A DNA stretch of 64,000 bases from assembly GCA_965285935.1 (NCBI GenBank), contig OZ260661.1:64480001-64544000 (forward strand), read 5' to 3'. The DNA comes from Ophelia neglecta. Its lineage: Eukaryota. The notes beneath the pieces are model-generated. The model did not search any database. It saw only the letters and a program-made list of their open reading frames with translations, and had not been told where the DNA came from. Shown here piece after piece: positions 1-13,900 of the stretch. Position numbers and translations under genes: made by a program. Numbering within the stretch: position 1 is the first letter of the stretch; every line of letters starts with the position of its first letter.

Positions 1-3000
1 GCTTTACATATTTACGCAGCCATATTGTTTATAAATGTATCTGCGAATTATCGGAACTATGCACCAGTAAGAGATATTTTAAAATGGCATTAAGAAGCAG
101 GTCGGTCAAAAACATGATAACTGTTACTGTTATCTGGAGAAGCTTCTCATGAGATATCGATTTGCTGAGTAGAAGTCATATCTTATTTCCCAGGTTCCTA
201 AGTTGAATGAATTGCTATCAGACGCCTGGTGAAAAAACAAAACAATAAAAAGGTAAAACACAATGCCGAGCTGAATTGAATAACGCGATAAGCCAGTAGC
301 TTTTATTACCATTAAGTCATGCGTACAGTGTGTTAAAAGGATTCTTAACTAACCAATATTTTGCTGAGTGGCGGGAAATCAATCAGTCTAGACTGCTGTA
401 AATACTGTGGGGAGTTTGCCCGGTGGTCGAGTATGAAATCAGTTTCGAATGTCCGCGTCCATCGTACAATTACCGGCATCCCGTATTTCCTGCGCCCTTT
501 CCACCAGACACAACTGGTGATAGTTAAGTCGAGGTAATGGCTAGTTATTTGATCATCCAACAGAATAACATTCACCTCGATTATGGTATCTTTCTGCACG
601 AAATAGGACAGATCTCACAACTCATATTTGATTTGAGACGCCCGTAGCTATTTTTGAGTAAAAGAAGGCAAAGATTTTTCAATACATGCAGTGATATACT
701 TTAAAAATCTCCGCATCCATTGTTCCCTCCCTAGATAGAATAACTAAGCATTGTATTGTGTGCTTGTCGCGGCGAACGCACCAGGGAATACGCTTTTATT
801 TTACAGAATAGACAGCGAAATATCATGGTTTGACTTGAGCCACACATGAGCAATTGAGCTAGAATGAGGGTCCTGGATGTAAGCGTTTGTTTGATTTTGA
901 AGGCATATCAATTTTGATATCAACAATAAGCTTATATTGCTATCATGTTTCACCGAACAGAAACATTTAAAAACTACCACGCCCAGTCTGGTATTCAAGT
1001 AATCTTGAAATCAGATTTTTGAAAACTCAAGGGAGATTTTACAGAATTAGAAAAGAAAACGTTTAGTCAGTTGATTGAGTTTCTGTTAACGGCCTTGCTC
1101 GTTCACCTTCTATACTGCGGCCGATCAGTGCTTGTCATAGGCCAGAGGTTGATGGTGGAAGCTCAGGTGATCAGGTTCTCTAGGGAATGTCTTGGGTTTC
1201 CTAGAACGGACATCGTTGTTCCTTGGAAACGACGGGCGATAGATCTTCATGCAAGACCGAACAGACATACAGGTAAGAAATGGCACACTCGCAGTGACCT
1301 GGGAGTTACGACGTGTCTATAACAGCTTGACCCCTGAAATAGAACTAAAAGTTTATATCAGGAAGCTGGGCAGGGATTTATAACAGAGTTCCGTACACTC
1401 GCCCGATTTCCCTCTTTTTGGTTTGTTTGAATTCGAGCGACAATATCAGGCTTATGCCACGCTCCAAGTCACTGCGCTGGTAACATTCTTGCTTGGTGGA
1501 GGTCAGAAAGATTTGTGACTTGAGTTTCGACTCCTACTTAAGTTTAAGACGAGGACGAGTACAAAAGCCGTTGTTATTAACTGACTTAAGTGTCCAACCT
1601 TCCTGAAAGCCACCCTTAGTTCGAACGAGCTTGATGTCCCTACCGGAAGTGTAACCCACGCTTTCTCAGAATCACTGGCTTTGGGTGACATTTCCTAAGA
1701 TACCATAAAACAGTCACGCCATACAATCAAAGGGAAGAGTGCTTCATAAGTCTACAACAATTGCAATTGCGAAGGTTGGCCTACTCAATAATCTCACAAG
1801 TCCATTTTTATAATGACCCGTCCTTTTATATTATGTTCTTGGCTTATGATCCTTCTCCATAGCGGAAATGCTAATTGGCCTATACTTAAAAGTAGGCTGA
1901 TAGTAAAAGAAACCTGAAGTTTTTCTAAAGATTTCGATCACATTCTAAACGAGTAATGATAATCTATTGCGAGCAATCATAAGACCGGCGAAATAGTGAA
2001 TGGGTGTCATGCAGATCACATTTCGAAATAATATAATTCTCGGTCGAATTTCGGACGGCGTCATTTATGAATGATTATTGCAACACATGATCTATTAAAC
2101 ACCAAGTTTAATCTGTATGCCTGTGTCACTGGTTTGGAATCTTACGCTAACCGGAACTTCACAGAATGTCAATCGGTATTTACTGAGCAATATAGCAGGT
2201 ACTTACTTATTCAAATTGGTAAAACCTGCAACGCAGTCTTTTTCAAAGTTGGTCATGCCTGCCCAGATACACCTGCGTGAAAAGGGGATTGCACCATTTC
2301 GCCTTGCCAGGAACAGTAAGGTCCATTTAGGCCCATACGATTCAACGTCCGTCGGTCTTCAAGAATAGTATGTCTTTCAGTTAAAATCGGAATCACTTAG
2401 AGCTATATAGTCGGTTTCTGGCGGTAAATTTGACCGAGTTCCTGGGATTCAGTTCTGGAATGTTTAAAACAACATTGCTTTTGCTTATACCACGTTTTTG
2501 CCTTAAAGTTGAGTCTTAGACAAAAATTTAGCCAAACCACTGTTATGTACTGGCTATAAAGTCGAAAACTGAACTCTCAAATCTTTCATCTCCTGATTTC
2601 GCAGTGCTTGAATTGACATGAATCTTGTCATGTTACGCAGTATCTCAAGGAAATACTTAATTATACCAACCATTGTGAAAGAGGCACTTTTTTGCATACA
2701 CATAGCCGCATGTGATGGACATATTACACGGATTATTGAATCAATCTGCATTTGGACACGACACAGCTGTACTGACATTTCATTGAATTTCAATTGGTAG
2801 ACAGATACTGAGCAATTGAAAGTTATTTTTCTTCTTGGGCATGGGAAAGGGGTTTATATACTTTATTATCATTGTGGGTTTACCGGACTCAGTCCTACTA
2901 GGTTTTTTTTAGATGTGGGCCACGCCCAGCTGACCCCGGCCCTCAACGGATCTCAAACCAAACTCATGCAGACGTGCAGGCTATACAGTATCAATATATC

Positions 3001-6000
3001 ATATGCCACGTTGGCATCCATTATGTGACCCGGAAATGACCTCACCTTACAGTAAATGACAAGGATTAATTGTGGCGGCTTTAATCTCCTTCATAGGAAC
3101 AACTTTTCTGCCTGTGAAACAAAGCCTTCAGGCATTTCATACGACATGTCAAATGAGTCCGATTCTAAACAAAAATCTAGCATAAAAAACATTAAACGCC
3201 CGTTGGTTGAATATAGTAGTTAATCAAAACCATCTCGACAGAAAAATATCACTTTGACTTTGAAATTGAGCTTTCCAAGCCGCCCTAAAATGGGGGGGGG
3301 GGGGGGATGGTTTTTATCTGTGATTGCTCGATAAATACCCAGGGAAGAGGCCCAACGAAGAAATGAACTTGTAAATGAACTTGTAAATGGCATATCCGCA
3401 GGCAGTTATAGTAAAATTCAATCCCTCATCAGGTCGTAATTGATTGATTTCGGAGTGTATATAAGCTACCGTTATAGGATTATGCTTTGTGAAAGTGCTT
3501 TCATCTGCATCTGGCTACCACATTTCAATAATTACCGTCTAGTTACATAAATAGGTCAGCTAGGTGAGTAAAATTGCTGGCGAGGTTGTTTAAATTGGCT
3601 CTTATGCAGACATATTCTTGATATAAGCCGCTTTGAAGTATGTTTATTTCTTATTTTATACAAAAACGAAGTGACCCAGTTTTAGTTCCCTGGAAACGAA
3701 TTCCGAGTCGGGATTGAAATGCACAGACCAATAAGAATGGTTCTTAATGTACATGCTTACCTGTAACAGATGGAAACATATCAAGTTATTAGAACCTATC
3801 CATCCATGGCCTTTATGTACCCACCTCCACCACTGTGCACGGTAACTGCAGATAGGCCTTTACCGTATACTACAAGGCGAGCCTCAAAATATGACGAAAT
3901 AGTACGCTCGTTATTTTGTTCTTGCTAGATTAAGCAGGCATTCTAATCTCACTTATATGAAGCAAACTGTTAATGTTGAAGTTGTGTCAAGTTTTCCGAA
4001 CGCCATGAGTCACATAAAGACGAAAAACATAATGTCAATTTGAACTTGGAAACGGTGTCTCATCATGAAAACAATCATCTAGTCCTTTATCAGAAACATT
4101 CTGTTTGAATTTAAAAAAGAGCAAAGGGTAATTTTGTACTTCTTTAAACAGTATCACGAGATACAAAATAGCCAACGAAAGACACGAACTCGCTAATACT
4201 GTACATGTATGAATAAGCCCATAGCTAGGCAAAATCTGGCGTTGTAATTATGCTAAGATATTGTGTCTTGCCCTGAAGGATATGTTATCTGCAGGTACCG
4301 TGCTCGTTGATGCGGGTGTGATATACTTTTGGCCTTTTTGACAGCACTTCATCAACTTTGGGTAGTCTAGCTAAGCAGTAAATAACTGAATCTGATGAGA
4401 ATGCGGAGCGCATCGGATCGAACCGGCATTAATCAAACCTTTAGGTTTCCTCTTGATTTCACTCAATATCCCTTGATAGCGTTCTGTCTGAACACATTGA
4501 TAGGACACAGTAGTACGGGCGTTTGGCATGGCCCGAGGGATGGCATGATATTTAATACAGACTGCGGGACTGTTTTCGACCCCTCTTTGTACGTGATGCT
4601 CACTGAGGAAAACACGCCCATTTTTTAACCCTCAAAAGCAGACGGCTAGGGCCAGCAAAGTGGTGGTAGTGGCGACAAGTGGTTAATATTATACGGGGTT
4701 GTCCATGCCCCAAAAGATAGCTTCTCAATTCACCAGCCCATTCAAGTACACAATTATATATATACAAATCAAAAATATCTGCATTAAATTCTCCACTGGA
4801 GAGAGAAATAAAAAATACCCACATGGTCTGTTCAAGAAATAACACATCTATCAAAGTCATCGTTTTTCAATGTTTTTGTTTACAAAGCTGTTGGACAAAT
4901 CATCAATAAGGCAAAAGGAAAATGAACAAATAATAATCTGGAATAGATTTACACAAGATGAAAAATGAAAAATATATTGTACGGTGCAAAAAATGTAGGT
5001 AAACATTGTTTAAAACTCAACAAGAAACAGGACCAATAAAAGTACAGTTTCTAGAAATATTTTTTTGTGCGGGGGAAAAAAGTTGGTAATTTCCTATTTG
5101 AATTTTATTCCATTTTCCAATAAAATTGGCCTGGGCGGTCTTGTTAACCACTATATGAAAAAATATTGGCCTTAAGACCCGATGATGCGCATTCATGTCA
5201 AGGCGGGCTGGTGAAAAGCCACTGAAACAAAAACCTAGATCTACTGGGCCATTGTAGCCTTGGGATAATAATATATAACGATCGGGTTTGCCAATTTACA
5301 GGAACTTTATCTTGCATGGGCGACTAGGATATTAATTTATTGCTCCTATATGTAATAAATAAAGAGAACCACTATGAAGATATAGAGATAGTTAGATCTA
5401 TTCCAAATTGGTCGTTTTGTCATCATTTAACCCTAGGCCCTTTGTATCTCATTGCCATCAATACATGTGCAAATCTTAGTTGAGATAAAAAAAAAGTAAG
5501 CCTTTATGGCGATGGCATTGTATTTTGTAGCCTCTCAAGGGTAATGTTGATCGTCTGCCAGCTAATCTGCTTCACCAAACAGTCGTTTTGCGTGTCGTGT
5601 GCTTTTCCAAGGTCATTGTGCCAATTCAGGAACCAAATTGAACTGCGATGTCTACATAGCTGAACACCTTGTATTGCCGTCTGAGGAGGTATTGAAGTCA
5701 TCCCCATTGATCGCCATAGATAGTGTTATGCGGGTTATTTAATCATTCACAAAACGGTCGGTTGCCTTTGTTCATGCGCGTCTCGCATGCATAAATCCCA
5801 ATATCCGAACTATTCTACAAATTGGGAAGCTGCCTATAGTACAAAATATATTATTATGAAGTGGCAAAGACAATGTTCCATGTCTATGACAAATTTCAAG
5901 TTTAACCCCAGGCGAGCAGCTTTTAAGTGAATAGATTGGAAAGGTCAAGCTTCATTAATATTGGACCTCCAACCTGAAAAAAATAATAAGGTGTCCACAT

Positions 6001-6519
6001 GCAATCACAGTGGTCAGCTATCTATCATATTTCATGCGTATGCCTTCTTAATAGATTACTTGATTAAGAAATATGTAGTAACAAGTGTGTACAGGAAACA
6101 CTGCCTTGGTCACGTCAAAGTTTCTATATAACCAGAAGACACGTAAAATATAATGTTCTTGCATGACCCTACAATAGAAGCAATAAATGAAAGTTTTGTG
6201 ATGGTCGCAGCCGCTTTTGTATTTTCATTCTTAGCCAGAGCTAAATTACTACATGTGAATCATGTGCAGCTATATATTGGGAGATCTTTTTCCTGTTTAG
6301 GTCGTGCCGGTTTCAGTCCATTTCAAGAAATTAAAGACTTTGAAAGTACCAACTGTAAACATATGGGCGGACGTCGGAAGGACACCAAAATGATAACATT
6401 AGCTCAGTATGCAAGCTGAGCTAAGGGCATATAATTTCAATGCAATTTTCCCAATAATTTCTGCATGACATACTCTTTTCACTAGGAGAAGCCATCGCCA
6501 TGACCATTCGAATCCTTGC

Positions 6520-7290
6520 ATGTGGCTTACTATCAGTGGTCAATACATTTGATATGCCCATTTTGCAATGTTAAGCATTTAGCAGACAAAGAAGATTCAG
6601 CTGACCCAATTGATCCTCAAAATGAGGTCAAGGTTGAAACAAGGATCACCGTTAGACTCATTGTATATGGTTTTCTATTAGTGGTTTACACATATGATAC
6701 ACCTGGCATGTATTTTAGGCAATTATATAACGTCAACAAATTCCGTCATTTTGACTTTGAAAATGAAACCAATGACACATTTCAGATCAACATCTCATTT
6801 TTTGCATCAATTGACCTTGAATATGGCCTAGCCATTGCAAGACGGGAGATGAATCCAATCATCGCAATTTGACCTAAAAAATAAGATCATGTTTATATTC
6901 AGTATCCCCTTTGGATTCCTTGCATATGACTTTCTATTAGTTATATTTGATAGACTTATCTTGCATCGTTGAGCCAAAAAGTTTACGTATTGACTGTTAC
7001 CTTTGTTACGAGGTCAAGTTCAAAATAAAATAACATCAGAATGTTTTGTACGTGTATACGACATCATATCAATTACCAATAAATTATGTACACCTTTCTT
7101 GCACTGTTCAGGCTATAGACTCGCAAAATTATCAAATGTCTCGATGTGACCTTGAAAATGAGACACTACATCACAGAGGGCTTCCTCGTCTATCACATCA
7201 ATTTAGTGAGCAATAAATTTGACATGCCTATCTTATACCATTAAGACATTAGAAAATTTATATTTTGCATTATCTGTGCTTAAAATGATC
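6520..7290. repeat. Old, degenerate internally repetitive element rich in TGACCTTGA/GAGGTCAAG motifs
   Basis: Recurrent TGACC(T/C)..AAAATGAG/GAGGTCAAG blocks at about 6601-6633, 6750, 6811, 6868, 6997 and 7147; ATATG(G/A)YTTTCTATTAGT repeated at about 6665 and 6924. Superfamily not determinable by eye. Confidence 0.4.
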
Positions 7291-7293
7291 TTA

Positions 7294-7905
7294 CTCATAG
7301 CATAGTAACTGTACATAGACATATGAGTTACTTTCTCATAGATCTATTAGTAACTGTACATAGATCTATGAGTTACTGTACCTAGATCTACTGTACATAG
7401 ATCTATGAGTTACTGTACATATATCTATGAGTTACTGTACATAGATCTATGAGTTACTATACATAGATCTATTAGTAATTGTACATAGATCTATGAGTTA
7501 CTTTCTCATAGATCTATTAGTAACTGTTCATAGATCTATGAGTTACTTTCTCATAGATCTATTAGTAACTGTTCATAGATCTATGAGTTACTTTCTCATA
7601 GATCTATTAGTAACTGTTCATAGATCTACGAGTTACTTTCTTGTTCATAGATCTATGAGTTACTTTCTCATAGATCTATTAATAACTGTACATAGATCTA
7701 TGAGTTACTGTACATATATCTATGAGTTACTGTACATAGATCTATGAGTTACTGTACATAGATCTATTAGTAATTGTACATAGATCTATGAGTTACTTTC
7801 TTATAGATCTATTAGTAACTGTACATAGATCTATGAGTTACTTTCTCATAGATCTATTAGTAACTGTACATAGATCTATGAGTTACTTTCTCATAGATCT
7901 ACTAG
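7294..7905. repeat. Minisatellite of 22-23-bp subunits (core ATAGATCTAT) forming a 45-bp higher-order unit
   Basis: Subunits ATAGATCTATGAGTTACTTTCTC, ATAGATCTATTAGTAACTGTAC and ATAGATCTATGAGTTACTGTAC read directly. The repetitive ORF 7493-7747 is a by-product. Confidence 0.97.
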
Positions 7906-10499
7906 CAATTCGTCTGGTTTGCCGCTTATTAGCTAATTGAGTAGAGTTAAGGTGGACTTATATCGGCCTTTTGGCGGACTTCAATATTCGCCCTTTCCAA
8001 TATATCTTTGCAATCACCTCACATATTTTTGCCATGAAATGTAGCGTTTTTTGGTGGTTGATGGCGAGCGCATTTCCTGGAAGAGTGGGGGGCTTTGTGT
8101 TATAATTGAGCGGATCGAGCGACGCTCAAGCCTGCACCACTATGGGCTCCTTGTGGATTTAGGTATAGATTGATGGCCGAAGCTCCCGAGAGATATTTAG
8201 TGTTGCAACCGGGCGATTATCCCTTGGCTTTGATCGCGGATGAGATGGCTGCATAGTGGACATTCCACTCTGAAGGCAAAGCCCGCGTTGAATCGTCTCA
8301 GTCGTAAATCTTAGCAAATTTTCGAATGGAGAACTGCAATCTCGTTGATCTGTGAACGGGTAAATGTACTTTGAGTTTCGTACTATGAGACGCGGAGTGC
8401 ATTCCATGAACAATGACTTGCTCCACTTCTTTCATTTTTTTGTCGCCGGCATCTGCCGCCTATTTATCATTACTACCGTCTCTGTAGGTGGGATTTGGTT
8501 TCTTTCATTGGTGCTTGTCCTGCCGACACAGATTGGCTAAGGCTAATGAAGCTACCGGCAAAACGACATGCTTACTTAAAAGAATTCCTTGGTGGGAAAT
8601 TCACTTTGGTAGTTTCAGTACAAAGGCCGACAAAACATTAGTCGAAACCAGTAAGTAGTTGTCTCCTATTCAGTCACCTTGAACATGTTTTTCGGGCGTT
8701 TATTTCTTTCCTTTAAAAACTAGCATGTTATAAAGACATATGCCAGCATGGTTTTTCATATAGCCTATACCGATGATATATTAGGCACAGACACGAGTAA
8801 CTAATTTGTTTTGTTTAAAGGAGCACAAACGCCGAACGCTTGATTGACACTGCGCCTAATGGCGCGTCTCTTTTATATTATGTTTTGACAGTTTTTCATA
8901 CGATTTTTTCAAAGTTTTGTTCAAACTGCATATAAAATCAGCCGGTGTTGGATGATAATGGCTCCCGACATGCAAGCCATTCGCCCAGCAGAAGTCGAGA
9001 ACAGCTGGTATAGTACTGGCTCTGTATTCAGAATTCGTCCCCAAAGAGATATGTTACGGCGAAGATGTCTACACTGATCGAACCCGTGTTAGCTGTCTGA
9101 GCATGTGACAGACGTGTGGCCACCAATATCCTAGTTTGTTTGAGTTGCATGGCATCTCCTGGGATTGGTGATCTATGTAAAGTGCCACAATCACCATAGC
9201 ATTTGCCAGGAAAATGTGTATTCAGCATTCAAACGTCTCAACAAATAACAGGCCTGACACGAGTTCCCATGTATCACGCAATCAGAGCTGGGTCTTTACG
9301 CCACGCTTAAAACCCTAGAGTTGCAGCAGCTGCTCATTCTCTCTGTTAATCCTTCAATGTGGATTAAGTAAAATGCCCTATTCTATGTTAAGTTAAGTTT
9401 CTTGAAACCATTTTATTAAACAAAGTAGTTCATATATGTGTTAATTTAATTCAATTAACTGTGAAACCACATCGGAGTCTGATGTTTGTCTTTCTGAGAC
9501 AGCTATTCTGGGCTTTTATGCAATAAGAAAGAATGATTTTATAACTTAAAAGTGTAGCGAGTGAGGGTAAAGCGCCTTTTTATAGCAAATGGATGGAGAC
9601 TTACTCTTGCGAGAAGGGGACATTGTGCCCTCGAAATGATGATTCTGGCACCTGCGTCCGTGACCAGCCGCTTTCGGGTTTTTTAAACCTAGCGTGACTC
9701 CAAAGTGATTTGGCAGACTAGAAGCATTAATCTCTGTCTAAACGCTCCGAACACTTTGTCAGGAAATGTAGTCTGTTGGATCTATGCAATGCCATTGCTT
9801 ATTTTTCAGCATTTATGAAGAGTCTTCATGGCCATTCAACCAAGTCGGCGGTCGTTATTACTTTGAATTCGAAATCAAATGCAGATCGTTCTGTCAGCGG
9901 ATGTGTCGTCTGCCCGTATATGCGTGATACATCTAGTTGATGAATAATTCGATAACAACCTGCACAGAAAGAGGCATATATCAAAATTATGAATGCTGAG
10001 TAGAGACAGTTTAATTTTAACACTGAATGGCAAAAAAACGGCCCGGTAAATCGAAAAGGCGAAGTAGGAATCCAGGTAAGGCGATTTAGCTCTGTATAGG
10101 ATAGTGTGTCATTAAAGGTAGCCCACACGAGGGAAACTTTTGAGTGGGATAAACCCTATGTATGCATGTTTGCATGAATTGGTCTCCCTATGTCTATCAC
10201 ATTTTGCAACCAAGTTGAGTTTCAAGTTTTATTACAACTGGTCTTTGCATTAGGTAAGGCCTACATAGAATCAGTTGATCCACTTTCCTATTGTGAAAAT
10301 TTGCATAATTTATTGTTTTCTTTCCATTACTATGACAGCCAGATTTTAGCCTGCCCAGGGCAGAGTGATTAATATCAAACATCTTTACCTTGACTCTCGC
10401 GTGAGTAATTGTCACTGAGGCTTATGCCTTGAATCACATGAGTGTGTGTGGAATGTATCCAACTGAATGACTGTTGCCAGACTGCCTTGTAGAACCTTC

Positions 10500-10990
10500 A
10501 AGTGCAGTCTTCAAATGTTTCTCAAGCATTGTTGATGATTCCTTTTGATGCAATAAATTTCACTGGAGAGCCGCAAAATGCAAAACCTTTTGTTTGTGTA
10601 TGAGCCTAGATCCATCATGGAACAGCGGCGTCTATTCATGAAAAAAAAAACAGATCGAGAATATGAACGCTAAGGGGCTACCAATCTTTTCGGAATTAAA
10701 GGCTAGAAAATGCAACGGCCTTAATGATTTTCATGGGTAATCGAGCTGGAAAAAGACATAACATTTCTGTCAGTACATTTCGTGCAGGGTCGAATCCAAT
10801 GAGGACGCGATGGCCATTTAGATTGCGGGAAGGTTGCCTGAAAAGGCCGTCTGTCTTGCCAGGTGAATGCTGCTGCTGCCAGCAGATATTTTCAATGGAG
10901 AAGAGGCAATTTCCCAGTATATTCTGGAACTTTTCAGCCCATTCCAATTAGAAGGCTCCACCATTGGCCCTTGTGCCGCGAGGGGAAAAT
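10500..10990 (-). pseudogene. Probable fossil hAT-superfamily transposase N-terminal region (TTF zinc finger/DUF4371-like, ZMYM1/THAP12-type), with frameshifts and stops
   Basis: Minus-strand peptides fall in the order expected for this family: EWAEKF..CLF..PGKTDGLFRQPSRNLN, IIKAVAF, PLSVH (cf. PLRGH), FAAL, MLEKHLKTA. Recognised by eye only. Confidence 0.4.
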
Positions 10991-13900
10991 TCATCCGCGT
11001 ATGTCTACCCTTAATTGCTTACCTCTATATCTAGTGTACATTTGAATTCAAACCTCCTCTTCCCGTAGTACATCTCTGTACACGAGAACATCAAGTCAAT
11101 AGTGGGTTTAACCGAAACAACTAAAACTGATAAAGAAATTATACTGTTTCATACCAGCATACGAAAAAGCCTAAGTGGTTTTCACTTGCAATTTTGTCCG
11201 TTCCTGTTCCTCCTGGACTCGACACAAAGCCATGAATGTTGCCACAAAGCTTTGAAGAAAGCCATACCAACTTGGCCTTTGAGTCAAAGACACGAAGGAC
11301 CAAACTTGAGTGTGTGATTATTCCCGAAGAAACGCCGTCCTTCCAGCTGATATGCTTTAGTTTGCTACTTTCCCATTTTGTTTCCTGTTGTTTGACCACT
11401 TCCTGTATATTTCATAACTTAGCCACCGTAATACTCATCTAATGTTGACCTTTGGGGGTATGAGGAAGTTAGATTTATCTGTCCTGGAAAACCCTGTTAC
11501 TTGCCGCTGAATTCCCACATAAAGACCAGCCATTATTTAGGTTGAAATTAGTTTATTATGGGACAGAGTCTTGAGAGTTGACCTCATATCGGCGTAGATA
11601 TTTTTTCTGATTTGAGGCTTGGGACAATGGTTTGCTGCCTGAGACGAGCCTTACTGTAATACTAGTCTATTACACGATTAATCGCCGCCGATTTCTTTGT
11701 GGATTTGACTGACCCTTTGCTTGGGAACATACCGGAAGCAGCTGGTGGATGTCTGAATTGGCTTCAGATGGCTCAGAAATTGTGAAAGTAGGAAACGATT
11801 AATTAACCTACATTTCTAGGCACTCTTCACTCGAAAGATTGAAGAGGTCAGTTTATTCAACCGAATTTTGTCTGTTTAAAAAAAAACTGGAACTGTTGTT
11901 TTCTAGTACATTTGTGGGAAGATGTTAAGACCCAAAAATTTATTTACATTTGTGAATTCATAAGAGAAGGCGTGCGATCGATAATTTATTGTGAGCAGCT
12001 TTTCTTCGTATATATTGATGCCGTTTACGCCCACACCTTTGATAAAAGAGGTCAGGGGGCTGCAGTCTGTATTTATGGCTCACTTGAGTGGACCAGTCAT
12101 GTACCAGGAATATAATCAGAGGCCTGACAAACTTTTATTTCCGACGAAAATACGCATATTTGATCGATAATGCATGTTGAAACTGACGCGCTGCTAGGAG
12201 CCTAGGTTGGTTAACTCGGCCGGCTTGGTAAGTCTCATTGGCTTTCGATTCGGAATCGAACAAGCGAGGCTTCTCATCCCACCAGCATTTGAACATTTCA
12301 GCTCTAGGCAAACCAGCTTAAACTTACACAAAACCCTACACCATGCTATCGACATGGAAATGCCAATCACAGCTTAAAACCCCTTGAAATTGGGTCAATA
12401 TCCTGAGATGTTTTCTTGGCAGTCAATTAGACAGCGTGGGTATCGCTCGAGGACCTCATACAGGGTGGCAATGCAGTCACCGCTGTTATCCGTTCCATAT
12501 TGCAGGTATTTTCTACGACCCCAAGGCGATGGTACGGGGGAGACCTAACACAGTGGGCGATAAGAGGTCCTGGTGAGGGCAGGGTGGTTGATAATAGGCG
12601 TGCGTTGTGCTTAGTATAACGGAAACCATCTGCCACCGTGTTTATTGTTTGCCCTATCTCACACGGGGGTATTCATCGCCGTCCATTGACCCACCGCGAG
12701 CCAAAACCCCCTCGAGCCATCAACTGCTGGAACTGGCTCAAAAGGTCAACACTGACAGGACCCTAACAAAACGTTTTTGGCACCAACACTATCCATGTTT
12801 TCCCGTCTCATGTTGTACCTACAACTTTATTATCTATAGGATCACCTATCTTGAATTTAGGCAAGATATCTGTTTGTGCTTTTAAAGCTTTTGAAGCTAT
12901 CTACTTGACACCGTAATGGTCCACCTGACACCCTGGAGTAGCTGAAGCAATTGTTGGATGCTCACCAACAATCTACACGGTTTAATCATTCTGCACATTC
13001 AGCAATAACCTACTTTCAATACATCAATTTCCTATTTAAAAGTGCGCTAACAATAGCCTTGATTTCTTTCGCGTTCTTTAATTTCTTGAAACCTGCCCTT
13101 GTTGCCAGGCATGAAGCCGGTTGTGGACGATGCCCAAACGAATATCGATACGATTAGTATCTATGGTTAAATTATCAACACCCACTGAGACCGAATTTAT
13201 CATCGTTTTAAGAATTAACCGCGCCACCATCGCCCTACTTGTTAAGCGTAGTCTAAATGCCAATCGTGATACTTCCTCCGCTTCGTTACGAGTGCGTACA
13301 GTTTCTATTGGTCGAAATGACTGTTTGAGAAAAAAAAGTGCATTTGATATAATATTGCAAGAGGATTATGCCTCATAGACGAGCAAAACGTAACATATAA
13401 TTGGTACAAATAGGAAACCTCCTGTAAGTATACATATAGGTCTATCAAATGACAGAAAAGAGCTAAAGGCTTTAAATGCCGTACTTCCAGAGGGTATGTC
13501 AGTTCGAGCGTCCGGGAGTGTATCAAGGTCAATTTTGCCAAGTTGTGTAGTCTTTCAAGTATAAACGACGATGAACCTACGATTTGACGTGTCACATGTA
13601 AAAGCGAAGAAACTGAAAAGAAAAAAACAAACAACTGTTTCAACTTAAAGGCACTGTATAGTTCATGCTAGCTGATTTAATGTCCACTTTGGCAATTATG
13701 AGAAAATAACGATATTCACATTTGTTGTAGGCCTCTATGGACAGAAACAACGGCTCCTTAATTGATGCTAAATTTAGCAAAGATTTTGCTGTGGTATTTT
13801 TTCCGCGTCGATGCTAAATCAACCATCGATGTTAAAGTAGACATCGTCCTCGACAAGTGAAATGAGCTCGTTATATAGAAGACCTTATTTCATTCTATAG

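Noticed and set aside
4390-4430. Hammerhead ribozyme (CTGATGA followed by a hairpin)
   Set aside because: The required GAAA is absent (GAAC) and no stems I/III are evident.
5504-5707. Second hAT zinc-finger fragment (FLNWHNDLGKAHD, minus strand)
   Set aside because: Only one short motif-like match with no collinear support.
7493-7747. Repetitive 84-aa ORF (MSYFLIDLLVTVHRS)n
   Set aside because: By-product of the 45-bp repeat unit.
12195-12262. tRNA or tRNA-derived SINE (A/B-box-like, TTCGATTC-G-GAATCGAA dyad)
   Set aside because: The boxes are poor matches and no cloverleaf can be drawn.
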